From Octopus sinensis (lineage: Eukaryota): a DNA stretch of 64,000 nucleotides. A program made the translations under genes and the position numbers. Positions 24,909 to 36,867 of the stretch are shown here, piece by piece. Below the pieces are notes generated by a model. That model searched no databases. It saw only the letters and a list, made by a program, of their open reading frames with translations, and was not told where the DNA came from. Location: positions 160,952,001-161,016,000 of the forward strand of contig NC_042997.1 in assembly GCF_006345805.1 (NCBI RefSeq), given 5' to 3'. Each line of letters opens with the position of its first letter. Within the stretch, counting starts at the first letter, position 1.

Positions 24909-25247
24909 AATGCTATTATCAGTTAGAATATGCTTGAGGCACGTTCGAACTGGGGAACAAGTTACTGCGTTTTGTCAAGGAAAACATATCCCGTTTGTTG
25001 ACAAATGGTGGTATACCCCTCGATCAGCTCGTAGCGCCGCTCGCCTAGTGTCTGTGACCGAAGAGGAGATAACTATTCCGAAATGCTAACATCTCACTGT
25101 CTGGGTATATGGCGCTGCGAGTCAATCTAGTTGTATACACACCATTTGTCAACAAACGGAATATATTTTCCGTGACAAAACGCATTGAGTATCTTGTTCC
25201 CTAGTTCGAACCAGCCTCAAGTACATTCGGACTGTTAATAACATCAC
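24909..25247. mobile_element. MITE with ~110-bp imperfect TIRs
   Basis: CTTGAGGCACGTTCGAACTGGGGAACAAG...GTTTGTTGACAAATGGTG is mirrored at 25133-25247. Confidence 0.8.
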
Positions 25248-25444
25248 TATATATATATATATATATATATACAGACAGACATACAAACACACATATGTAT
25301 GTATGTATTTAGGTAAGTAGGTAGGTAGTATATAATGTGTGTATGTATATATGTATTTAGTATGTCTACTCGGACACGAGTTAATGCCGACGTCGATGGC
25401 GAATATGCATATCATACGTGTGTATATTTATGTGTACTGGTGTA

Positions 25445-26490
25445 GTGTCGTACATTACTGCAAAGTGAAAATATTCGCTGATGACACTAAGCTCCAGCAA
25501 ATCGTCAATGAAGAAGCAGACCGAACTCAACTCCAGTCTGATCTATATGCTGTGAGTCAATGGGCAGACAGAAACAGAATGCAACTGAATGAGGGAAAAT
25601 TTGAGCTGATGCATTTTGGAAGAAATTCCTCACTAAAACAACCATACTCTCTTCCTTCAGGGGAACCACTCACAGCCTCTAACAATATCAGTGACCTGGG
25701 TGTAATTGTTGATGACGATCTCAGTTGGAGTGCACACATCAACAAGAAGGTCGATATAGCTCGTAGGATGAGTTCCTGGATCTTAAGAACTTTCCGGTCC
25801 AGAGAACAAGGTGTCATGATACCACTTTTTTCCTCCTTTGTACGGCCACACCTTGAATACTGCTGCCCACTGTGGTCCCCTCACATACGACAAAACATCT
25901 CCAGAATTGAGTCACCCCAGAGGGCTCTCACTAAACAAATTGAAGGCATGGCTGCTCTCGATTATTGGGATCGCCTTAAAGCCTTGAAACTTTACTCCCT
26001 CCAGCGTCGCCGTGAGCGGTACATCATTTGTACGATGTGGAAAATATACCGTCAACTTTGCCCAAACGACCTAAACATTAGCTTCAAGGTTCATCCAAAA
26101 CTTGGACCACGGGCTATACGTCCCCTGCCAAATTCAAGATCACAACATACATGTACACTGCAACATAATTTCTTTTCCTCAACAGGCCCTGTCCTATTTA
26201 ACATTGTCCCGAGGGAGATCAAAGAGGAAAAGGATCCCATCAACTTTAAACAGAGTCTGGATAGATTCCTTCAAAGAATACCAGATAAGCCACCCATAAT
26301 TGGATACAACTCACCCAACAAGAACTCACTACTTGAACAAAACTGGATACAACTCACCCAACAAGAACTCACTACTTGAACAAAACTTGACTTAAACAGG
26401 ATTCGAATAATCCTATCAGGTGGTGCTATTAAGTTAGACATGGCCTGGACCAATCTTTGGTCGAAACATATCTAAGTTTATCTAAGTTTA
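25445..26490 (+). mobile_element. 5'-truncated CR1/L2-group LINE: RT C-terminus, 3' UTR stem-loop and short tandem tail
   Basis: Uninterrupted ORF with KIFADDTKL, DLGVIVD, VRPHLEYCCPLWSP and LYSLQRRRERY. GACC-AATCTTT-GGTC hairpin and (TCTAAGTTTA)2 at the end. The N-terminal ~35 aa of the track ORF are unrelated flank. Confidence 0.93.
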
Positions 26491-26519
26491 TGTATAAGTA
26501 TGTGTGTGTATATATGTAT

Positions 26520-26730
26520 ATGCATGTGGGTGTTCTCCTGCACCGCCGGATAACTGCTGTTAGGTTTGTTCGTGCCCGTAATTCAGCGGTTTGTGAAAGA
26601 GACTAATAGAAAAAGAACCATACTTAAAATAATAGTCGCTGGGATCGACTTGTTCGACTAAACCCTTTAAGTTTTTGTCCAAAAATGGCCACAGTTCAAT
26701 GATTAAAACAAGTAAAAGAATAAAAATAAT
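26520..26730 (+). mobile_element. SINE family A, degenerate 3' part
   Basis: GGGATCGACTTGTTCGACTAAA...ATGGCCACAG...AAACAAGTAAAAGAATAAAA. Confidence 0.7.
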
Positions 26731-27656
26731 AAATACTCGTCCTGGCAATTGGCACAATTCTCTGTTCCTTTAGATTGAACTGTAAGTGCGTGAACAAAAC
26801 AGTATGAAAAGATACACATATCATTTTACTCAGTCTATATAGGAACATACATTAATATAAAATATATATGTTTATCTTCATGCATTATGTTGCGTAATGT
26901 TTCTCATAACTAATGTGTAGTATGATTATCTCGAATACTGAAGCAGAATCAGAAGAGAAGATAATAGAATATATTTAAAGACGTCTATATTTATTTTGTT
27001 CCTTAGGTGTTAGATATAACCTGTTAGTTAGTTACAGGAGCTTTGTAAAATCAGAAACGAAAGATGATAATCTTATCTATATTGATAACATTTTCAAATA
27101 CTCGTAATCTGTTCATATTCTTAATTATATGTTGTTGAAGCAGATTTTTCAAGGATGTCGATTATGTATTTAAAGGCCATGACGTGCGATTTCAGTTAAC
27201 AAAAGATATTTTGTAATTTCTAGTATACTTTTCTTTCGATGCATGGCTATTTAATTACTGTATGCAACTATAAACTAAGATGGTAGTGCATGCTGACATT
27301 TGCAGTCACACATACACGCATAAAAGATACGTGTTATTTCAAAGAGTGGAAAAATTATAATAAATACACAAGAATAGTATGAAATCATTCACTATTTCAC
27401 TTTTCCATATTTCTATTAGTATAAAAAAACGCATTCAATAAACCTGCATTATTTTATTATTGTATAATAATATACTCATTGCTTTGTTTTTTTTTTATAT
27501 AAGTATGATGCTAAGTTATAGTATTCAATTCTATAAGGAGTGTATTTCATCAGTTCCATCCATACATATATGCATATATATATGTATATATACCTATATG
27601 TGTGGAGAGGGTGCGTCTGTGTGTGTGTTTGTGTGTGTTTGTGCGTGCGTGTGTGC

Positions 27657-27750
27657 ATACATACATACATACATACATACATACATACATACATACATAC
27701 ATACATACATACATACATACATACATACATACATACATACATACATACAT
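27657..27750. repeat. (CATA)n microsatellite
   Basis: Direct reading. Confidence 0.97.
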
Positions 27751-28106
27751 AAAAACTTAGGAAAATCAAACAGAAAGAAGATAACTACAACTCAGAAAAC
27801 TTCAGCTTCCATATCGCGATTACAAATTCACATTTATTCCAATAATAATTGAAGCACTTGGTTTGAAAGTAAGTGCCTAACTGTCAGTCTGGATAAGCTT
27901 GGATTTTCAGAAAAAGAAATCAACCAGCTAACTCGCGTATTACAAATACAGTCTATAAGCGGAACAGTTAAATTATGCAAGAATTTTCTCAGGTTTAAAA
28001 AGTTTTCGTTATCTACATTACAAAGATACACACACACACACACATATATATATTATATATTATATATATATATATAATATATATATATATATATAATATA
28101 TATATA

Positions 28107-28153
<47 letters not shown>

Positions 28154-28235
28154 TACAAGTATATAATATATTATTTCGAATTTGTGTGAATGTGTATCGA
28201 ATAGTAATATCAGTTCAATAAATTTATATATATAT

Positions 28236-29390
28236 ATTGGATTGGCAACTAAGTTACCGCCGTTTTTTTTTTTAATTTTGGAATTCATTGCATTTTTAAA
28301 TTTTGGAATCTATGTTTTTTTCGAGAATTCTATTTTTGAATCATTTTGGAATCTAGTTTTTTTTTCTGCTAGTTGATTTTAGTTAATTTTTGTTTCATTT
28401 TCGACTTCTTTTTGCTTTTAATAAAGGTTCGAAGGCCGCAAAAGCTGCTCGCGACATTTGTGCCGTGTATGGAGAGGGTACCATAGCTGAAAGAACCGCT
28501 AGTGATTGGTATACCAAGTTCAAATAATGAAAATGTTTGACCTCAAAGATGCACCTCATTCTGGCCGTCCAGTTAAGTTCGATGAAGAGCGATTAAACCA
28601 AATTTTGCACGAAAATTCTCGGCAAACGACAAGGGAACTGGCAGAGAAAATAAAATGCTCCCACACTGCAATAGAGAAGCATCTTCACTCGATGGGAAAT
28701 GTTCAGAAGTATGGAGCATGGGTTTTGTATGCTTTAAGTGATAACAACAAAAATCAACGAGCCACAATTTCCGCTGGTTTGCTTGCTCGTCACCGCTCAA
28801 CTCATGGACACAAGCAACGATTTCTTTACTGGCGATGAAAAATGGTGTCCGTTCATCAATATGTACAGGAATGACTTAGCCCCGGTAAACAAGCGACACC
28901 ACGCGTGAAACAAGATCCTCATCCGCGTAAAACGATGTTGTGCTTATGGTGGGACTGGAAAGGGATTATCCATTACGAATTGCTTGAACGGAACCAAACG
29001 GTCAACACGGAACGTTATATTCAACAGATGGAACGATTCAACACGGCTATTCAAGAAAAAAGACCTAATCGGCAGCATGGAGTTATGTTGCACGACAGCG
29101 CCCGCCCTCATATCGCCAATATGACCAAGAAAGCCATTCAAATGCATGGCTGGGAAGTCTTGTCACATCCGCCGAACTCTCCTGATTTGGCACCAACGGA
29201 TTTCTACCTCTTTCGATCTCTTTCAAATGCTATGCGCGGAGTTTCGCTCAATACTGATGCAGAATTGAGAGCTTGGTTGGATCAATTTTTCGAGTCGAAA
29301 TCGGGTAAGTTGTACCAACAAGGTATTGAAAATCTTGTTGAACGTTGGGAAGAAGTTGTAAACAACAAGGGTGAATACATCTTTGATTAA
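28236..29390 (+). mobile_element. Mariner transposase pseudogene (DD34D) with left TIR
   Basis: AARDICAVYGEG, DLKDAPHSGRP, TGDEKW, WWDWKGIIHYELL, HDSARPH and SPDLAPTDFYLFRSL, with frameshifts. The left TIR ATTGGATTGGCAACTAAG follows a TA run. I could not find a right TIR. Confidence 0.93.
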
Positions 29391-30189
29391 GTACGTGTTT
29401 CTATTTATAGTATTCTACAGCTTGTTAAAGCTTGTTTGAGTTTCGTGTTAAGTACATTTTTGTTATTGTTGTGTGCAGCTCCGCCATACATTAACACATT
29501 CCTGGTTTATTTTATACGCATAAAGGTTCTCTACAGATAGACAGAAGAGTTCTAGTTCATCTTTCTGTACGTGCTGCTCATAATTTTCTTTTGGATGCCA
29601 AATCGCAATTTGATCTGAACTGATTTTTTTATATGTTGTTGGTAACATTAACATTACTTAACTGCTGTAATGTCTACTAAACTTTATTATGCTGCTTCCT
29701 GTGCGACGTGAAAATGACGATTATCATTAATTGAGGAAATGTTATTTTGTAAAAGTTTGTTGTTTCTTAATTTTTTTAATATCATATGTAATTGGCAACG
29801 TTTCCGTTTTTATATTTAAATCTTGCGTTTCTTTACCGGATTTCCGATGTTCGTCTTTCGTCTAAAGCTGCCTTGCCGTGAAAATTTATAATATTATATC
29901 TGGGAAAAGTTTTGCGTTCAAACGTAATATACTGAATAAACAGACTGTTTAATAATATTGTTTTTACTTGGTCCTTCAAATTTTCTTATAAGCAATTTAT
30001 GATTAACTTGGGACAATAATGTCCATGTTTTCTTCAACGTTGCTATACCTAGGGCACGGGACAATGTTCAAACTCATTAACGAATACGATAAACCTGAAC
30101 ATTGTTTTAACCTTAATATAGCAAAAATGTATTATATAATAAAATATGCATACGTTTGAGTGGGGAAGGGGAAACTAATAAATGGGTAA

Positions 30190-30650
30190 TTACAAATATT
30201 TCATTTGTCGTGACCTGTAATCTTAGAAACCACATCCTACCTTCCACAAATCTTTAAAAGGCTTGACAAAGGCGAAATTCGCAATAGAAGAAATAATAGA
30301 GGTAACAAAATATGGACATCTTTGTGTGGGACACGTAAATTAACTAAAGAGAGCAAAACCAAAGAAAGGTTAATGCAAATATGAAATATAAAACAAATTA
30401 AACCCTTAATGCTTCACATGCCTACAATAATTATATCGACCAAGTGGGATCTAAATAAATATATTGGATTAGGGTGTATGAGCAACAAATAAAAGGTTCA
30501 TCTCTAAGAAATATTCCATGATGTGAACATTTAATCATCTGTACAAAATAATCCTTGTTTCAAAATAAAGCAAGAAAATGATAAAAAACGAAAGACAAAA
30601 GAACACTACGTTATGAGAATTCTAAATCCCCAACCAAACCTGGAATAGTC
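30190..30650 (+). pseudogene. PLE GIY-YIG remnant, highly decayed
   Basis: LCGTRK, KYIG, YEQQIKGSSLRNIP*CEHL and RKTKEHYVMRILNPQPN parallel the fragment at 60590-61110. Confidence 0.55.
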
Positions 30651-30859
30651 AACATCACTACGAAAAATATATACAGATGGCGTTATAACAAATGTATCTG
30701 AAAAGTTGACAAACAAGCGCGCACAAATCATTTACATCCATACGGTCTATATCACTATGTCTTTTAAAGATATTTTCATATAGTTAATACATTTTAGAGT
30801 AAGAAAATATTTCTTCAAATATAATGTCTGTATTACGATTTCCCCCCAAATTATCTACC

Positions 30860-31557
<698 letters not shown>

Positions 31558-31638
31558 GAAATGTTTTACCATCGTGGCCTAGCGTGTAGAAAAACTAGTC
31601 AATAAACTATATATTATTCATTATATGTACAGTGTACA

Positions 31639-31977
31639 TTTAAACACATAAGCGATGGCCATAATCGGACATCTAACCCGCTAGAAGGAGTAGTTAAAAT
31701 CCAAATCGCAATTCGGGGTAATTCCGAAAGGGAATGAAAAATAAAAACATTTACCATCTATTTCCTGGACCATGGTTTTAAGCTATCTTCAGAAAATAAG
31801 GTAATTTGCTAGGCGAAGCTCTCATCAGCAGGAAAGCCATAGATTAACATATAAGCCTGATGGTAAATGTTTCTATTTTTCAGTCCCATTCTAAATTGCT
31901 CCTAATTGTTGTTTGTATTTTAACTACTACTTCTAGCGGGTTAGATGTCCGATTATGGGCATCTCTTATGTTTAAAG
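31639..31977. mobile_element. Foldback element (~120-bp imperfect TIRs) containing an HHR
   Basis: TTTAAACACATAAGCGATGGCCATAATCGGACATCTAACCCGCTAGAAG is mirrored at 31860-31977. A partial inverted second copy lies at 32365-32505. Confidence 0.8.
31761..31835 (-). ncRNA. Hammerhead ribozyme, extended stem II, dual core (G12A in this copy)
   Basis: Reverse complement reads TTTCCTG-CTGATGA-GAGCT...CTGAAGA-T-AGCTT-AAAA-CCATGG-TC-CAGGAAA. Confidence 0.7.
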
Positions 31978-32307
31978 CGCAGTTTTTTACCGACAGCAAA
32001 TAGAAATAATGCCGATTTTCTTTAAAATTAGCCAAAAAATTATTATTAATAAATTTCAGGGTAGTAAAATATTATTTAGAAATTTTTTGCCACCGTGGCC
32101 TAGCATGTGAAAAAACTAGTCAATAGACTGTATATTTAATAATTAATATATAGTCTATTGACTAGTTTTTTCACATGCTAGGCCACGGTGGCAAAAAATT
32201 TCTAAATAATATTTTACTACCCTGAAATTTATTAATAATAATTTTTTGGCTAATTTTAAAAGAAAATCGGCATTATTTCTATTTGCTGTCGGTAAAAAAC
32301 TGCGCTT
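31975..32307. repeat. Near-perfect palindrome with ~162-bp arms
   Basis: Arms at 31975-32136 and 32145-32307, with an 8-nt loop. Confidence 0.95.
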
Positions 32308-32388
32308 GCGCGGTAGATTTGAAAAATTATAACATGTAAGCACGAGGCATGTTCTGTATTGCCTCGGGCCTATATGTTAATCTTTGGC

Positions 32389-32463
32389 TTTCCTGCCGAT
32401 GAGAGCTTCGCCTAGCAAATTTCTTTTTTTGCTGATGATAGCTTGAAACCATGGTCCAGTAAA
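32389..32463 (+). ncRNA. Hammerhead ribozyme, extended stem II, dual core (outer core U4C)
   Basis: TTTCCTG-CCGATGA-GAGCT...CTGATGA-T-AGCTT-GAAA-CCATGG-TC-CAGTAAA. Confidence 0.7.
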
Positions 32464-32519
32464 TAGATGTCCGATTATGGCCATCTCTTATGTGTTTAAA
32501 TGTATATATATATATATAT

Positions 32520-32620
32520 ATACACGACGGGCTCCTATCAGCTTCTGTCTAACAAATCTAATCACAAGGCTTTGGTCGGCCCGTGGTTATAGTAGAAGAC
32601 ATTTTCCCAAGCTGCCACTC
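32520..32620 (-). mobile_element. SINE family A fragment
   Basis: CGACGGGCTCC...AGAAGACATTTTCCCAAG. Confidence 0.8.
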
Positions 32621-33519
32621 CTTTATATATAATGTTACATAATATAATATATACATACATAAATACACGCGCACACACACACATATATATATGATTATAA
32701 ATTAGGGTATCTACGAGATACCACCATGCTTAAAATAGCAGTGTGTGTGTGTGTGTGTATGTGTGTGTGTGTGCGTGCGTACGTGTGTACGTATATGTAT
32801 ATACATGTGTATATATGCAAGTATATATACATAAATACACAAACGTACTCACACACACACGCACACACATATAGGCATGTTGGTGCAAACAGCGAAAATA
32901 GAGCAAAAAAATTTTACTATATGTATATTTTTATTAATATTCATATTTACGAGAAGTATTTTTCCGCATATTTTGACAAAAAAAAATTCTGAAAAATAAA
33001 TTTTACAAAACTTTTTGAAATTTTTTTTCAGAATCATAATCCCCATATTTTCCCGCATATTTAAAAAAAAAAAATTCTGAAAAGTTAAAAATGAAGAATT
33101 TGGCGGTGGGAGTCGTAATTTCAAAATGCCGATTTTTGCCATTTTTTTTTTTTTCAGATTTGTATTCTCCGAAGCCGAAAACGGGGTTTGTATAGAAAAA
33201 AAAATTAAATATAAATACGTGTGTTTTTGTTTTGGTGGGGTGCAAAAGGGAGTCTTGCCCTCTACACTAACACATGTGTCTATGTGTACGTGGGTATATG
33301 CTCATGTGCGCATGTTGCTTGCACACGTCTCTCACTCTCTCCCTCTCTCTCTCTCTGTGCATGTGTGCACATATATGTGTGTGAGTGTTTATGGTTTACA
33401 TTTTGTGCGAGTGTGTGTGTACTTATGAGCGTGCATTGTGTCTATGCGTTGTGTGTGTCTGTGTGTGTGTGTATTTGTGTGTGTGTATGTGTGTGTGTGT
33501 GTGTGTTTGTGTGTGTGTA

Positions 33520-33561
<42 letters not shown>

Positions 33562-35174
33562 CCTTGATGGCAATCTATATACACGAAGATTTGTTAAGCG
33601 GACGAAAGGATTTGTAATGTCAACGAAGTAAAGCAAATCACAATTGTACACATCTATAGATACATAGTAAGGTAACTAATCATAAATACCAGTAACAAGG
33701 CACACCGGCGTCTATTTATACGAACGTTAATGCATGTGTGTGTTTAATGTGCGTGTGTGGAGGGGGGGCATGCATGTGCGTGTATATGTGAGAGTGTTTT
33801 TATGTGTTCTTGTTTTATCAAAAGCAACAAGTCCGACAAAATGCATTTTGTTTCAAGTGGAGGTACAGACACTTTGTTTTTCTTAAAGCATTGACATTGA
33901 AACTTCGTACTTTGAGTTCCACGATTCGAAGTGGCTTGACTTTATTTCCTTGCGCTAGTAACTCAGGAGCATTTACACATTCACGTGCCTTCATACTCAC
34001 ACAAATAAACATATGCACACACTCACACATAGAAAGGAAGCTAAGAATCAACTGTCTTAAAGTATATAAAAACCAACGAACATCGAATAAAAGCCTCAAC
34101 GTACACGAAACAGTTTGCATATCTTCTTGTGTGTCACTGTGAATGTATAATGGATGAAATATATGATTTAAAAAGAAAATATGTATACTAGGTCTTTGCG
34201 TACATTTCTGTGTTTGTGCGTGTATGTGCGTATTTGTATCTCTCTCTTTCTTTCTCGTACCCCATCTCTCTCTCTCTTCCCTCTCTCTGTTTTATACGAG
34301 ATCTTTAATGTGTGTGTCTATCTTCATCTCCTGGTCATTTTTATACTATATTATAAGATTATCTTTTATATGTTTTCTAGCTCTTATGTCGATTATTAAC
34401 AAAATTAAATAAATAAGTCTTCTCGTATTTTTGTGTCTGCGTATCTCTCTTTTCATGAATAAAGTCTTCTTGATTAAGTTCACATGGGGCAAAATAACAA
34501 CTACTATAGTTTATTTTGTTATAAACTGATGTTTTTTTTTACCTTGTGCCATTATATTGTTTAATACAAACTTTCTTTCTGTCAAATGAAAATATAAAAC
34601 TGTAGAACGATGTAGTTAATGGCGGTATTTGTGTATCTTTCTACATAATTGTAGATCTCTGGCTTCATTTTCTGTCTCGTTTCCTTTTGTTATCATTTTC
34701 AAAAGTATAACTGGTAATTGCGTTTGCCACTTCTCAAGTTAATTAATTCCAAAGGAAAATAAGTCTTCTTACGTCTGTGAGTTGTGTTCATCAATTTTAT
34801 GTGTATATGCGGTCTTCTCAATCACGGCTTAAATAGGGAAAACTACGACAGTTGCAGTAGCGACTACTTCAGGTTATTGACTTTCCTATCTTTCTTTGTT
34901 ATACTTTTTATGTAAACTTTTATGTGAGCAATTAAGTTAATGTAAAACTGCATTGTAACGTTGTTAATAACTGCGCGCACACCTGTATGAGTATTAGAGA
35001 TTGTGAATGCGCGCGTGATGGATGTACGAATATATGCGCATGTATTTCGGACTGAATCATAACTATGAAATTCCATTACCTGCTGAAAATTGGCATAAAA
35101 CTGGTTTTGTACCCAGCTTTTATTCGGTGTATGCGCTGTACTACAGACAAGGAATTCAGACAGAATTCTGTGTT

Positions 35175-35192
35175 TAGTTAATACACACACAC

Positions 35193-35261
<69 letters not shown>

Positions 35262-35346
35262 ACACACGCACACACACACACATGTATGTATGTATTCATA
35301 TGTTCATGCATACATACATACATACATACATACATACATACATACA

Positions 35347-35376
<30 letters not shown>
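35175..35376. repeat. (CA)n and (CATA)n microsatellites
   Basis: Direct reading. Confidence 0.95.
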
Positions 35377-35377
<1 letters not shown>

Positions 35378-35660
35378 GACTTCATTTTTTCGGCTAGCCA
35401 GTATTGAACAGTTTGCCGAAGGCTAGCAAGCTGACCTCTTCAAGCTACCGTCATACCTCTTCTTGAAAAAGTTTAATAATGTTACTGAAAAAGTGTTGAG
35501 TAATTCTGCAGGTTAATGCTAAATTGTTTGTGCGTGTTTCGTTATGCGTGTGTATATGTGTATGGGTGCATGCAAATATGTGTGAATGTGTGAGTACTGG
35601 AGTTAGCAGTCTAAACACACAGAGCCCACTCAAGCCATATATATGTATATATATATATAT

Positions 35661-36290
35661 ACTCTTTTACTCTTTTACTTGTTTCAGTCATATGACTGCG
35701 GCCATGCTGGAGCACCGCCTTTAATCGAGCAACTCGACCCCGGGACTTATTCTTTTGTAAGCCCAGTACTTTATGTCCCCGCTAAATAACGGGGACATAA
35801 ACACACCAGCATCAGCTGTCAAGCAATGCTAGGGAGACAAACACAGACACACAAACACACACACACACACACACACGCATATATATATACATACATATAT
35901 ACGACGGGCTTCTTTCAGTTTCCGTCTACCAAATCCACTCACAAGACTTTGGTCGGCCCGAGGCTATAGTAGAAGACATTTGCCCAAGGTGCCACGCAGT
36001 GGGACTGAACCCGGAACCATGTGGTTGGTAATCAAGCTACTTATCATAAAGCCACTAATCTTTTACCTGCTTCAGTCACCAGACTGCGGAGATGGTGGGG
36101 CACCACCTTAAAGAATTTTAGTCAAACGAATCGATCCTATTCCTTACTTTTTATTTAAGACTGATATTTATTCTATTGATACCCATGTGCCGAACCGCTT
36201 AGTTGCGGGGACGTAAACACACTAACACTGATTGTCAAACAGTGGTGGGAAACAAACACAGACATAAAGACACAGGCACAAATACACACA
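35661..36290 (-). mobile_element. SINE family A, full copy (35661-36056) plus an adjacent tail fragment (36061-36290)
   Basis: Colinear with 58538-58956. Confidence 0.88.
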
Positions 36291-36795
36291 CACAAAGATA
36301 CACACACAAAGACATATATACATATTCACACACATACACACACACACACACACACACTCATATATATGTATAATGAAAAATGATTAAATACTACAAAACG
36401 TAGACGTAGGACAGACACAGAAGGACCCTAGTTCTTCATCAGTTATCGACCAAAATACTAACACTCAGTTTCATGCCTTTAACGATAAGACTGAGATGGT
36501 GTCGCAAAATATATATCGTCTTTGTATCTTTCTTTCTCTCTCTCTCTCTCTCTCTCGTCTTCATATTTCTTTTCTAGCATCCCAACTTCCTCTCTCCTCG
36601 TCTTCACACTCGTAATTGTAGACCTTCTCCCTTCCTTCTTTCTCTGTTCTCTTTGTCTCTCTCTCTCTCTGTCTTTCCCGCTCTCACATCCTCCTTTCCT
36701 TTTATCTCCTGCCCACGCGTGACCCGTGACTAATTTGGTCAACTCGGAATCATCTGTGTGGACGGCCATGTTTGCGCTTATAAAATAATCTCACG

Positions 36796-36867
36796 TGCTG
36801 TGGCCAGGATTCGAGCCTGTATTACTACGGCCACAACGTGAGGTTCTAACCACTAGACTATCGCGGC
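36796..36867 (-). pseudogene. tRNA-His(GTG)-like pseudogene
   Basis: Reverse complement is GCCGCGATAGTCTAGTGGTTAGAACCTCACGTTGTGGCCGTAGTAATACAGGCTCGAATCCTGGCCACAGCA. The anticodon loop is TTGTGGC. There are 3 acceptor-stem mismatches and T54C, and a T4 run lies just downstream. Confidence 0.8.

Noticed and set aside
35040-35150. Possible minus-strand exon (QVMEFHSYDSVRNTCAY...)
   Set aside because: An acceptor-like site exists, but I recognise no protein similarity or strong donor.
36796-36867. Functional tRNA-His
   Set aside because: Three acceptor-stem mismatches, mismatches in the anticodon and T stems, and T54C.
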